This document shows positions 1 to 8,410 of a DNA stretch of 38,365 nucleotides, one piece after another. This stretch comes from a virus. Under the pieces are notes generated by a model. That model was not told the origin of the DNA. It did no database searches and saw only the letters and a program-made list of their open reading frames with translations. Within the stretch, counting starts at the first letter, position 1. The number at the start of each line of letters is the position of its first letter. The stretch is from the UHGV virus genome UHGV-0208091. One strand, written 5' to 3'. Position numbers and translations under genes: made by a program.

Positions 1-270
1 ATGTCATTTACCCTCACGCAAAATTTGAAGTCGTTTCGTACCATCCCATACCTTAATCTCGTTGAGCCGCTTAGTGCCGCGCCTGTAGCTGTGACATATA
101 CCGCAAAAGGGGTCGACAGTATCAACGGGACTACTGCAACGGTGCTGTTTGATACGCAGGCTGAGGGGCTGGAGGCTACAGGCCAGTTCTACTACTCTTT
201 CGAATTTACTGACCTTGCAACAATTTTTGAGGATGCAGAAACGGCACTAAAAAAAGAGATTTCAGAGTAA
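1..270 (+). CDS. hypothetical 89-aa protein inside the invertible segment, translationally coupled to the tailspike (orientation-1 companion gene)
   Basis: ATG at pos 1 sits 6 nt after AGGAG at 38355-38359 (window end) and directly after tailspike stop 38362-38364; open to 270; followed by terminator hairpin. Confidence 0.5.
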   Translation: MSFTLTQNLKSFRTIPYLNLVEPLSAAPVAVTYTAKGVDSINGTTATVLFDTQAEGLEATGQFYYSFEFTDLATIFEDAETALKKEISE

Positions 271-276
271 AATTCA

Positions 277-303
277 CCGCCAGTGTTAAGCTGGCGGATT
301 TTT
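277..303 (+). terminator. rho-independent terminator after ORF 1-270
   Basis: stem CCGCCAG / CTGGCGG with 7-nt loop followed by ATTTTTA. Confidence 0.55.
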
Positions 304-340
304 AATGAACAATAACTCGCGTTGTGATATTTAAACACCA

Positions 341-487
341 TTAGCACTTATGTAATCTGAACGCCAGGAGAATCGAAGTAATCAAAACTACAATCCATGC
401 TTCGGAAGCAAAAACCTGATGCATTACAGTGCCCCAACTAAATATTACGTATGGATAGATAAAATTACCCCACTTCCAGGTAACCAT
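341..487 (-). CDS. small hydrophobic ORF (48 aa, two hydrophobic stretches) downstream of the silent tailspike cassette
   Basis: ATG preceded by GAGGTGAAAA RBS on minus strand; not in the >=60-aa ORF track; would be co-transcribed with cassette 2 after inversion. Confidence 0.25.
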   Translation of the reverse strand: MVTWKWGNFIYPYVIFSWGTVMHQVFASEAWIVVLITSILLAFRLHKC

Positions 488-571
488 TTTTCACCTCATG
501 ATTTTTTTCATAATTAATTCCTTATGTGTAGAGGAACAATTCCGCGACATCTTAACATTTTAATAAATAGT

Positions 572-2236
572 TCAATCGATAGCTTCGATTTCAATGGATA
601 CAGGATACTCGTCATTAATAACGTTTGGTTGTGTGCCATCCAGATGAATATCGAATCCCTGCTTATTTGTTTCGCTAAATGTATTATCAGGAAGATTTCC
701 AGCATTAGTAATAAATACTGGCTCGAAGTTTTTATTTTTAGCAGTTGAGGTACTGGTTGCTAACCCTCCGCTTATAGTGGTTGTTGTCGTTACAGCTGGA
801 ACTGAGTCGGTGCGTGTAGTAATGCCAGCGTTCGCTCCGTTTGGAATATTTACGATATATTGCTGCTGAGAGGTGCTTGATAAATCACACCGGGTAGTAA
901 CTTTATATCTGTGCCATGGCGGCATTCCAACGACAGAGATAACTGAGTTCTGCCCTTTAAATAAAGTCCCCGTTAGTTTGCACTTCATTCCAGGCACGCT
1001 GATTATGCTTTCAGCCGGAAGAGTCGGGTGTGGGGTTGCCACACCGGCAACTGCCTCCGCAATGGCTAACCATGGACGGATTGTTAGCTGTGTAACCCCA
1101 GCAGTCAGGCCTAAACCTGCATTATGTTTATAGTTTTTGCAGTTTAGTTTTACATACCCAGTCAATCCAGCCTTTCTTACAAGGCGGCATGGTTGAGAGC
1201 TTGATGTAATTGGGTTTGCGGCAAAACCGTCATACCGGAAATCAGCAGATCCATCAACGCGCGCTTTATCAGCTGCATAAAGTGCCGTGCTGTTACCGCC
1301 GACCTCCCACCATCCCATCATGTCGATATCGCAGTTATACAGATTATCTGCGCGTGAGCCGTCACCGACATAGATGCCATATGACGCCGCAGTGATTCCG
1401 TGCTGGAAGCCAAAGTTGGAAATGCTGGCGCCATAAAACGAAAGCGTTTGATCGTCAGTAGATGCAGGGTTTGAGTGGAACCAGATCCCACGCTGTGACG
1501 TCCTGACGACGACATTATCTACCCTGATAACTTCAGTCCATCCTTTGTCGTTGTATACATCTATTGCTGTTCCAGTAGTGTAATCTCGAATTACGGAGTC
1601 AAATACTGAACCGCCATAAAAATCTGAGAACCTGACAAACGCAGTAGCAAGGGCGTTCCCAACTGCGGTGAAATTTTTAAGAATTACCGCATTAAACAGA
1701 CTCTGCGCCTGCGCAGTACGCTTAAACGTCAGGGCGACGTTTGCGCCGGTATGGGTAATTACTGGAATGTTGCCCTTCGTTCCCATTCCTGGGCCTTCAA
1801 TGATAAGCCCGTTTGTTGAGTTAATGAACTCCAGCCCACCAACTAACGTATACCCGGCAGGCCCCAGTGACGGGGTTGAGAAGTAACCAATGGAGTTCTT
1901 AATGCAATAGTTAATTGCACTGGTCCAGATGTCGTCAAGAGCAGCACCATCATAAAGACCGAACTCTGTCGCGCAGACTTTGCCGGGGTTTTTTGGGATG
2001 CGTTGCCAGTAGTACTCAGATTGACCTGTCGGCACGCATATATAACCACCATCATCCTCAGCTGAGCCTCGCCTTGAAATAAATTCTCCGCCACCAACGG
2101 GACCGTGAGACATTGCGGCCCAACCGACAGGATGGGCGCGCAATAAAATACTTTGACCTTCATATGAAGGAACAACAGAGCGCAGAGCAGTAAATGATGA
2201 TACCTGCCCCACCAAAGCAAAGCCTTCGCCTGAACC
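572..2236 (-). CDS. promoterless alternative tailspike C-terminal domain cassette (right-handed beta-helix / pectate-lyase-like, depolymerase-like), 554 codons; reading frame continues through the crossover site with no ATG
   Basis: 547-aa ORF (track start is TTG) stays open upstream through 2225-2250 to a stop at 2264-2266; peptide across site NLGSGEGFALVG matches junction motif NLGSGEEGVG of tailspike 36259-38364; beta-helix-like G/N/T-rich repeats. Confidence 0.7.
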   Translation of the reverse strand, partial: GSGEGFALVGQVSSFTALRSVVPSYEGQSILLRAHPVGWAAMSHGPVGGGEFISRRGSAEDDGGYICVPTGQSEYYWQRIPKNPGKVCATEFGLYDGAALDDIWTSAINYCIKNSIGYFSTPSLGPAGYTLVGGLEFINSTNGLIIEGPGMGTKGNIPVITHTGANVALTFKRTAQAQSLFNAVILKNFTAVGNALATAFVRFSDFYGGSVFDSVIRDYTTGTAIDVYNDKGWTEVIRVDNVVVRTSQRGIWFHSNPASTDDQTLSFYGASISNFGFQHGITAASYGIYVGDGSRADNLYNCDIDMMGWWEVGGNSTALYAADKARVDGSADFRYDGFAANPITSSSQPCRLVRKAGLTGYVKLNCKNYKHNAGLGLTAGVTQLTIRPWLAIAEAVAGVATPHPTLPAESIISVPGMKCKLTGTLFKGQNSVISVVGMPPWHRYKVTTRCDLSSTSQQQYIVNIPNGANAGITTRTDSVPAVTTTTTISGGLATSTSTAKNKNFEPVFITNAGNLPDNTFSETNKQGFDIHLDGTQPNVINDEYPVSIEIEAID

Positions 2237-2250
2237 CAGGTTTACGCGAA
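2225..2250. other. gix/hix-like recombination crossover site (right), TTCGCCTGAACC-CA-GGTTTACGCGAA
   Basis: 26-bp imperfect palindrome matching Hin/Gin/Cin site architecture (TTC..AACC-NN-GGTT..AA); lies 44 bp upstream of invertase gene; reverse complement is 24/26 identical to 36668-36693. Confidence 0.8.
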
Positions 2251-2293
2251 CAATATCGGCAATTTACAATCTGCCTTTTCAAAGGGTTGCATA

Positions 2294-2845
2294 ATGTTGA
2301 TTGGCTACGCGCGGGTGTCTACCGGCGATCAAAACCTCGATTTGCAGAAAAACGCGCTGGTTCGCGCAGAATGTGAGCACATTTTCGAGGACACAGCGAG
2401 CGGGAAAAATGCCCGGCGGCCAGGGTTAAAGCGAGCGCTTCGGCGGCTCCGCCCGGGTGATGTGCTGGTGGTCTGGAAACTGGATCGGCTTGGCCGCAGC
2501 GTGCGCGATCTGATTACGCTCGTATCGGAGCTACAGGCGCGCGGGGTAAATTTCCGAAGCCTGACCGATAGCATCGATACCAGTACGCCAGCAGGCCGCT
2601 TTTTCTTCCACGTCATGAGCGCCCTGGCGGAAATGGAGCGCGAGCTGATCGTTGAGCGTACCCGTGCCGGTTTAACCGCTGCGAGGGAGCAGGGGAGAGT
2701 CGGCGGCCGCCGCCGGATAATGACTGAAGAAGTGGTGGAGCGGTGCCGCCGAATGCTGGAGAACGGCGCTACCCGGCAACAGATCGCAGATGTGATTGGG
2801 GTGAATGTGAAGACGCTATATAAGTACCTACCAGCCGCTGTGTAG
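2294..2845 (+). CDS. serine recombinase, DNA invertase of the Hin/Gin/Cin/Pin family
   Basis: 183 aa; GYARVSTGDQNLDLQ catalytic Ser motif, VVWKLDRLGRSV, FFHVMSALAEMERELIVERT, C-terminal HTH; near-collinear with Hin. Confidence 0.95.
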   Translation: MLIGYARVSTGDQNLDLQKNALVRAECEHIFEDTASGKNARRPGLKRALRRLRPGDVLVVWKLDRLGRSVRDLITLVSELQARGVNFRSLTDSIDTSTPAGRFFFHVMSALAEMERELIVERTRAGLTAAREQGRVGGRRRIMTEEVVERCRRMLENGATRQQIADVIGVNVKTLYKYLPAAV

Positions 2846-2855
2846 TCATTGGGAT

Positions 2856-2872
2856 GGGGCATGGATGGGGCA
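2856..2872. repeat. arm-type-like direct repeat GGGGCATGGATGGGGCA (copy 1, embedded in tandem 11-mer GATGGGGCATG x2 at 2853-2874)
   Basis: exact 17-mer repeated at 3063-3079; G-tract rich. Confidence 0.5.
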
Positions 2873-3035
2873 TGGGAAGTCAGTGAAATCCGCCAAATAT
2901 TGCAAACAACGCATGTTGATCACTACATCCAGCCATTGAAAATGGCGCTCCTGGACGATATTTGTCGATTTTTAAAACTAACTCATCACCGTGGTGATAT
3001 GACGAGGGTGACTCACTACCTTGTTGATATATAAG

Positions 3036-3054
3036 GTTATTGTTTTCAAATAAC
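3036..3054. other. candidate attP core: inverted repeat GTTATT-(GTTTTCA)-AATAAC with 7-bp spacer overlapping int stop codon
   Basis: 6-bp inverted repeats flanking a 7-bp spacer, typical of tyrosine-recombinase core sites; immediately at 3' end of int; flanked by repeated 17-mers. Confidence 0.35.
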
Positions 3055-4299
3055 TATGCCTTGGGGCATGGATGGGGCAAAGTCCGATAATTTCTGGTTC
3101 AACATAGCAATCTGATCGCTGTTACTGTCGGCCATCCAGGCGCCGTAGACATTGAAAACCATTTGGGCGCTTGTGTGCCCCATCTGGCTCGCAATGAAGC
3201 TGGGGTTGGCCCCGGCTGAAAGTGACCAGCAGGCATAAGTGTGTCTGGACTGATATGCTTTGCGATGCCTTAAACCAGAGCGTTTCAGCGCCGCCTCCCA
3301 TGAGTCACCAATTGAATCAACCTTGTAATGATAACCAACATTACTGCTTTTTCTGACCAACAAAGGATTGAACACAAATGTACAGTCATGAATAGCCGTT
3401 CGACCATACTCCCGTAGTTGTACCTCAATCTGATACTGCCTTCCCAGTCTGGTCATTTCCGCCTGGTTCCTCAAAGCGCTAATGGCTGGTTTGATCAGAT
3501 GCACGACCCTGTCGGTGCCGGCTTCGGTTTTTGGTAGAGTGAAATCACCAAGTTTCGTATAATTTCGGCGTATGGTCATCGTTCCAGCTTTCAGATCTAT
3601 GTCTTCCCATGCAAGGGAGACCAGCTCACCGTGGCGTAATCCTGTGTAAACCGCAACAGACCACAGGTTTTTCGTTTGCTGATGCGGGCAGGCATCTATG
3701 AAACGAATAAATTCGTCACGAGTGAGTGGATCAGGTTCTATCCTGGCCCTTTTAAGCGGCCTGATTCCGTTAAACGGGTTTTCTCGGATATAACCATTAT
3801 CAGCGGCAAACTGAAACATGCCCGCTATGGTGGTCATGTAATAGTTTACCGTCGCCACGCTCAACCCCTTTCCCCCCGACAACATATCCTTCCTGACATA
3901 CAACAGGTCTTCCCTAGTCACGGATGAGGAAAGCTTGTTTCCGCCAATCCTCAGCAGCATATTCCTTACAACCGATTCATACCGGTCCAGAGCATTAGCG
4001 CAGATCTCCATCCGTTTCAGGTCAAGCCATTTTTCAGACAGCTCTTTCACGGTAATTTCTTTCTTGCCGATACCGAAAATTTTCAGGTTTGGCGAGTTGG
4101 GGAACTGCGCCGCATAGTCAAAGGTCCCCATGCGGATAGCAAAACATACTGACGTTCGCAGATCCCCAGCCACCTTCCTGTTTTTAGCGGTGTCAGGGAC
4201 ACCGAGGTTTTCCCTGACACGCTTACCTTTAAAAATGAACCATATGCGGAGTGATTTTCCGTGGTTCTCAACGCCCGTTGGGTATGATTCTTTACTCAT
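3046..4299 (-). CDS. int: phage integrase, tyrosine recombinase (lambda-Int family)
   Basis: 417 aa; C-terminal R...HxxR...Y catalytic signature (LRHRKAYQSRHTYACW...GHTS...YGAW); N-terminal arm-binding-like domain; position next to att and xis-like gene. Confidence 0.9.
   Translation of the reverse strand: MSKESYPTGVENHGKSLRIWFIFKGKRVRENLGVPDTAKNRKVAGDLRTSVCFAIRMGTFDYAAQFPNSPNLKIFGIGKKEITVKELSEKWLDLKRMEICANALDRYESVVRNMLLRIGGNKLSSSVTREDLLYVRKDMLSGGKGLSVATVNYYMTTIAGMFQFAADNGYIRENPFNGIRPLKRARIEPDPLTRDEFIRFIDACPHQQTKNLWSVAVYTGLRHGELVSLAWEDIDLKAGTMTIRRNYTKLGDFTLPKTEAGTDRVVHLIKPAISALRNQAEMTRLGRQYQIEVQLREYGRTAIHDCTFVFNPLLVRKSSNVGYHYKVDSIGDSWEAALKRSGLRHRKAYQSRHTYACWSLSAGANPSFIASQMGHTSAQMVFNVYGAWMADSNSDQIAMLNQKLSDFAPSMPQGIVI
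3063..3079. repeat. arm-type-like direct repeat GGGGCATGGATGGGGCA (copy 2, inside int 3' end)
   Basis: identical to 2856-2872. Confidence 0.5.
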
Positions 4300-4354
4300 T
4301 GTTCCCTCCCGACGCCCAGGAGCTGTATAAGCTTACCTGTTTCATGTTGCCCGA

Positions 4355-4594
4355 TCACCAAATTGGTTGCTTTTGTGCTGCAATCCACGCATCAACCGCT
4401 TTGCGGTTATACATGCATTCGCTGGTGGGCTTTGGATCACCCTCTGGGGAAACGTGCTTATACTCCCTACCCAGCAGCCAGGACTTTTTGCGGGCGCGGG
4501 TAATTGTACCGCGCTTCATGCCAGTCACTGCGATCAGCAGGTCCTCAGATACCCACTCGTTCGGCTCAAGTTGAATGATTGTCTGCATACCCAC
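4355..4594 (-). CDS. xis: excisionase-like small DNA-binding protein
   Basis: 79 aa, basic, immediately upstream of int in same orientation; winged-helix-like excisionase family features; functional call by position. Confidence 0.5.
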   Translation of the reverse strand: MGMQTIIQLEPNEWVSEDLLIAVTGMKRGTITRARKKSWLLGREYKHVSPEGDPKPTSECMYNRKAVDAWIAAQKQPIW

Positions 4595-4645
4595 CTCACA
4601 CCACGTTCAGGCCACGACAGTGGCGCCACAGTTTAAATTCTCGCT

Positions 4646-4858
4646 TCATTCAGCTGTCTCCTGTTCAGCTTCGATGATGGCATCCACAGCCATCATCAGA
4701 GTTCTGGCGAGGTCGTCGTAATCCGTCCAAGCATCGTTGCTGAAGAAGTTCGTGATCATAACTGGTGCAATTTTTGCGATAAGATACTGACGATAAGTCA
4801 TACCACCAGGCGTTGCGTTGCTTGGATTTGGGTATGCATAATGCTGGCCGTTTCTCAT
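4646..4858 (-). CDS. hypothetical early protein (70 aa)
   Basis: ORF in early-left operon, ATGA overlap with upstream gene. Confidence 0.45.
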   Translation of the reverse strand: MRNGQHYAYPNPSNATPGGMTYRQYLIAKIAPVMITNFFSNDAWTDYDDLARTLMMAVDAIIEAEQETAE

Positions 4859-5079
4859 TGCTTAGCCTCCCGGATCAGATGTTTATAGGCCCGCAGCGCG
4901 TGATGTGTCTTCCCGCTTAAGATCGTTTTCATAATGAAAAAACCGCTGCTCTGGCTGGTAATTTCAGGCGTGAGGAACAACGCGACATCAATCGCCCGGT
5001 TGTGCCGGCGGAACTCAAATACAGTGCTGGTGACCGTGATGACTGATACCGAGCCTTGATCATTAAACTCAACCTTCAC
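4855..5079 (-). CDS. hypothetical early protein (about 74 aa from GTG start)
   Basis: track ORF 4855-5145 overlaps Rha gene by 76 nt; GTG at 5079 preceded by GGGAGG RBS gives non-overlapping gene. Confidence 0.4.
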   Translation of the reverse strand: MKVEFNDQGSVSVITVTSTVFEFRRHNRAIDVALFLTPEITSQSSGFFIMKTILSGKTHHALRAYKHLIREAKQ

Positions 5080-5794
5080 AATGTTTTTCCTCCCATCCGA
5101 TAGCCTGAAAGAGTCCCATTTTCGGGTGATACCAACGGGTCCCACGTGGTTCGGCTTCTGCCATCATTTGGCGGAATGCTTTCATAAAAGGTTCAAACTC
5201 CACGATAGCCCGCCGTGAGAGCAGGCCGTCAGGTGTCATAAACTCGTGAGTATCGGTGGGGATACGGTATGCGTTAACAAGGTTTCGGCACTTGGCATCG
5301 GTCATGCCGCTTTTTGCGACCACCTGGCGATAACCGACATACCCGGGCCGCATATTTCCTCGCTTAATGTTTTCGACAGCTTCCGCGACGGTTTCAACCT
5401 GTTCTTCAACCTGGTAGAGGCGTCGCTCCTGCTCAACATTCAGCAGGGCCATTTCAGCGATCAGCTCTGCCTGCGATTTTGGCCGGGAGCGTTCTTCTTC
5501 CAGCTCTTTCCAGCGATCTACCAGCCTGGCGGTAAACTCGGGGCTAAGTTGCGCGACCACAATGATGCTGTCGCGTTTTCCTTCTTCACCTGAAAATTTG
5601 TAAACCTCGTCATTGACGGCAAATCCTAAGTTATTGATTCTTTCGAGAACCTCAATTTGAGGAGACCGGATAACGTCCTTTGAAGCCAGTGTCACAATGG
5701 TACGTTTCACGTTGTCGTGGCGTTTCTCTACCAGCTCGGCGATCTCAAGGCTGGTCATGGATGGTTTGTTAGTGATCAAGTTATTCATCATCAT
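5069..5794 (-). CDS. Rha-family phage regulatory protein (antirepressor-like)
   Basis: N-terminal MTSLEIAELVEKRHDNVKRTI motif typical of Rha (KilA-N/ORF6N like); about 241 aa; start among three consecutive ATGs 5794/5791/5788. Confidence 0.75.
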   Translation of the reverse strand: MMMNNLITNKPSMTSLEIAELVEKRHDNVKRTIVTLASKDVIRSPQIEVLERINNLGFAVNDEVYKFSGEEGKRDSIIVVAQLSPEFTARLVDRWKELEEERSRPKSQAELIAEMALLNVEQERRLYQVEEQVETVAEAVENIKRGNMRPGYVGYRQVVAKSGMTDAKCRNLVNAYRIPTDTHEFMTPDGLLSRRAIVEFEPFMKAFRQMMAEAEPRGTRWYHPKMGLFQAIGWEEKHCEG

Positions 5795-5799
5795 TCCCC

Positions 5800-6378
5800 T
5801 CAATGCATAATCGGTGCTTCTGGCACACCTTCGATCTGGATGTGTTCGATAAAGCTGTCATGGAGGAGGTTAAGCCCCTCCCGGCCAAGTGCTGATAACC
5901 TGAACCCAAATTCTTCGTCAGCAATAACCATGTCCTGATACATCCGCAGCGCCAGCTGCTGGCCAACCTCTGGCCCATATTTCTCGATTGCCCCCAGCTC
6001 AATATGGTTGGCGAGCGCAAAGCGTTCAGGTCCCGGATAGATGCTAATGGCGCCATGCTTGCTGGAATAGATAACAGCAGTATCAACACCGCCAGTATCA
6101 TTCGGAACGTCGACAGTTCCGTTTTTCTCCAGCTCCTCAGTGATGAACACGGCAGCCAGTAGCCAGCGCCAGAGGATCAACTCTTTTTCGATATTGAGCG
6201 TGATCCAGTTGCTTTCTACCGCTTCCATGATGCAGGCCAGAATTTCCATTCCATCGGCAAGGTGTTTGTCATAGCGACCGTTATCCAGCAGGCGAATTGC
6301 AGCGGAGTAGCCAATCACCCGGTTTCCAGACCGGATCCCTGTTGAGGTTGGTTCCGGGTTAAGCATGTTGTGAAGCAT
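5800..6378 (-). CDS. hypothetical early protein (192 aa)
   Basis: ORF with GAGGTG RBS; operon context. Confidence 0.5.
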   Translation of the reverse strand: MLHNMLNPEPTSTGIRSGNRVIGYSAAIRLLDNGRYDKHLADGMEILACIMEAVESNWITLNIEKELILWRWLLAAVFITEELEKNGTVDVPNDTGGVDTAVIYSSKHGAISIYPGPERFALANHIELGAIEKYGPEVGQQLALRMYQDMVIADEEFGFRLSALGREGLNLLHDSFIEHIQIEGVPEAPIMH

Positions 6379-6790
6379 TGCGCACCTCTGCTGGTTTGCT
6401 GGCCTGAAGTTCTTCGCGCTCTTTCACGTAGCGGTCGTGCATGGCATCCCACTTTTCGCACCACTTTTGCATTTCTCTTTTGCGGGCGAGGATGCGACGC
6501 AGTCGGCGAACGGTGCGCTGGTGGGCGCGGTGGTATTCGTCGGTAGTTTCGCCACGGCGCCACATTTCGTTTCCTTCATGCTCCACAAGGTAATCAGGGT
6601 GGCGTTGCTTAAACCCGGACAAAGCGAAGGTATGCGACGTCAGAAAGTGGGCCAGCCAGCTGATGGCGGTACCGCGGCTAAAGCAACGCTTCATGCGGCC
6701 GTGACGAATAGCGGCGTACAGGTCGCCGACTGGCGTGTGGTGCTTCTGTAATGCCAGATCAATAGCGCTGGCAGTGCGGTTGTCGATCAT
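6359..6790 (-). CDS. hypothetical early protein (143 aa)
   Basis: ORF with GGGAGA RBS. Confidence 0.5.
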   Translation of the reverse strand: MIDNRTASAIDLALQKHHTPVGDLYAAIRHGRMKRCFSRGTAISWLAHFLTSHTFALSGFKQRHPDYLVEHEGNEMWRRGETTDEYHRAHQRTVRRLRRILARKREMQKWCEKWDAMHDRYVKEREELQASKPAEVRNASQHA

Positions 6791-7005
6791 TTGTCTTTCT
6801 CCCGGTTATAGGTTTCATGACTCATAACTTCCCAGTTCCGGCCATCGTCTTTCGATAACAGGCGCCAGCGTGGGTTAACCTTCAGGCTGAGGTAGCCGGT
6901 GCGGCGCATTCGCCGCGGGAATATCCTCCGGCGCCGATACCGCAGCAGGACCTGCAGCGCCTGCAGGTGAACCCTCTCAGGAATTCGTATCGCTGTCAGT
7001 GCCAC
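6787..7005 (-). CDS. hypothetical small basic protein (61-72 aa)
   Basis: ORF overlapping 3' end of upstream gene by 29 nt; alternative GTG start at 6972. Confidence 0.3.
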   Translation of the reverse strand: MALTAIRIPERVHLQALQVLLRYRRRRIFPRRMRRTGYLSLKVNPRWRLLSKDDGRNWEVMSHETYNREKDK

Positions 7006-7231
7006 CAGCTACCTCCTCAAATCTCAGCTCCATTTCTCGCGCCATTTCGATAAACGTGGCCAGTGTGCAAATGTGCTCGTCGTCGAACAGCTGGCGGTCG
7101 CATATCACCCTCCCGTTCTCGATGTGCACGACTACCCGCCCGGTAAAATCAGGGAGGACATGCAGATCCACGTTCAACACGGGGCGGGGGATCAGCACAC
7201 CCTGATAGAGCATTGTTTGCTGGTTATTCAT
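6977..7231 (-). CDS. hypothetical early protein (84 aa)
   Basis: ORF with GGAG RBS 9 nt upstream. Confidence 0.5.
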   Translation of the reverse strand: MNNQQTMLYQGVLIPRPVLNVDLHVLPDFTGRVVVHIENGRVICDRQLFDDEHICTLATFIEMAREMELRFEEVAGGTDSDTNS

Positions 7232-7589
7232 TGCCGGACTCCGCAGTAACTGGTTTCTGCTTTTTGACGAACTCCACCAGTTCAGAAATAAGCTCGTCGA
7301 TTAACTCTTTCCCGCTTTCTGTGAGGAATTCGCCGCTGCCATTAACATCAACAGAGTTGCTGTAAATTCCCTTAAGAACTTTCACACCTTCCACATTTCC
7401 GTATTCACCGAGCGCCAGTCGCTCGAATTTCCGCAACAATCCATCAAGAAGAATCTCAGTTAATTCGATAGTACTAATCCCACCCTTGTTAAGCTTAATG
7501 ACAAGTAAGCTACTCCCAGTCTTTCGCTGGTGGCGTAACAAGGCTGCTTTTAAAATTCGGCGGCGATAGGTAGTAATTAAGTTACTCAT
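7224..7589 (-). CDS. hypothetical early protein with arginine-rich N-terminus (TYRRRILKAALLRHQRK)
   Basis: 121 aa; AAGGGG RBS; TAGATG junction with upstream gene; ARM reminiscent of N-type antiterminators (weak). Confidence 0.5.
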   Translation of the reverse strand: MSNLITTYRRRILKAALLRHQRKTGSSLLVIKLNKGGISTIELTEILLDGLLRKFERLALGEYGNVEGVKVLKGIYSNSVDVNGSGEFLTESGKELIDELISELVEFVKKQKPVTAESGNE

Positions 7590-7814
7590 CTAATTACCCC
7601 TTCTTTTGTGTTCTTCATTTTGCTGTACAATCTTTTCCTCTTTTTCCATCCATGAATAGACCTCGCCAGCAAGGTCATATGCAAGACCTAAAACCCCATC
7701 AAGTTGATGGCAGTCAAAGTCCTTATGATGTGTGAAAATTGTCTGCATAAAGAAGTTAAGTTGCTCAGCCTTAATGGTGACGCACTGAATATCTTGGCGG
7801 CGCTGCATACCCAT
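7590..7814 (-). CDS. hypothetical early protein (74 aa)
   Basis: GGAGGT RBS 5 nt upstream of ATG. Confidence 0.5.
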   Translation of the reverse strand: MGMQRRQDIQCVTIKAEQLNFFMQTIFTHHKDFDCHQLDGVLGLAYDLAGEVYSWMEKEEKIVQQNEEHKRRGN

Positions 7815-7996
7815 AATTACCTCCCGTAGGCTTTACGCAGATAAAGGCCTGCTATTATTTCGTGCCCGTTAGCTGCATAAAGCAGGGCGGTTTTATATGC
7901 GTTGCGGTCAATAATGAAACTCATAACAAATACCTCGCAATATTTAGGGGGCAAGAACCCCCGGCACCCCAAGGCCGTTCTAAACTGGTTTCGTAA

Positions 7997-8410
7997 TTAG
8001 CCTATTTTATTCTCGATAGCCTTAAGATCAGTGCAAAGTTCACGAGCATAGTCAAATATCACAGCTGACATATGGCACGCGGGGTTGTCATTGTCCTCGT
8101 CAGTAAAAAAAGACTCACTATAAGTTTGTGCGAGTGCTTCAAGTTTTTTAGCAGTAAGAATCACATCGAATATATCATCAGCCAGATCGTTTCTGGCCGC
8201 TACAGGTATGCAGGGTTTGACTGAATTAATATGACTCTTAATATATCCGTTCATGTTATCTACGGTCTTTTGCATTGAACGAATTAGGCTGTTTATAGAA
8301 CAATCTGTTTCGTAATTCTCGTTACTTTTTTTATAGATCTCCTCCAGAAGAACAGTGTTTTCTATTATGTCTGATACAAACACTTCAAGCATTTGGATTG
8401 GAGTTTTCAT
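7997..8410 (-). CDS. AT-rich hypothetical protein (137 aa), first gene downstream of OL/PL (moron-like)
   Basis: GAGGTG RBS; markedly lower GC than neighbours; immediately left of OL palindromes. Confidence 0.55.
   Translation of the reverse strand: MKTPIQMLEVFVSDIIENTVLLEEIYKKSNENYETDCSINSLIRSMQKTVDNMNGYIKSHINSVKPCIPVAARNDLADDIFDVILTAKKLEALAQTYSESFFTDEDNDNPACHMSAVIFDYARELCTDLKAIENKIG

Noticed and set aside
421-429. Fourth GCATTACAG motif
   Set aside because: Only the left half of the hairpin element is present (no TAATGC partner). It also falls inside the small minus-strand ORF. Treated as chance or degenerate remnant.
514-1133. Short plus/minus ORFs (514-705, 524-748, 873-1133) within the silent cassette region
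   Set aside because: Overlap the long beta-helix reading frame in other frames. No RBS.
2329-2862. 177-aa minus-strand ORF
   Set aside because: Antisense to the invertase, which has unmistakable Hin-family motifs.
2849-3034. 61-aa ORF MGWGMDGAWE... in the att region
   Set aside because: N-terminus is just the translation of the tandem GATGGGGCATG repeat. Better explained as Int arm-type repeats.
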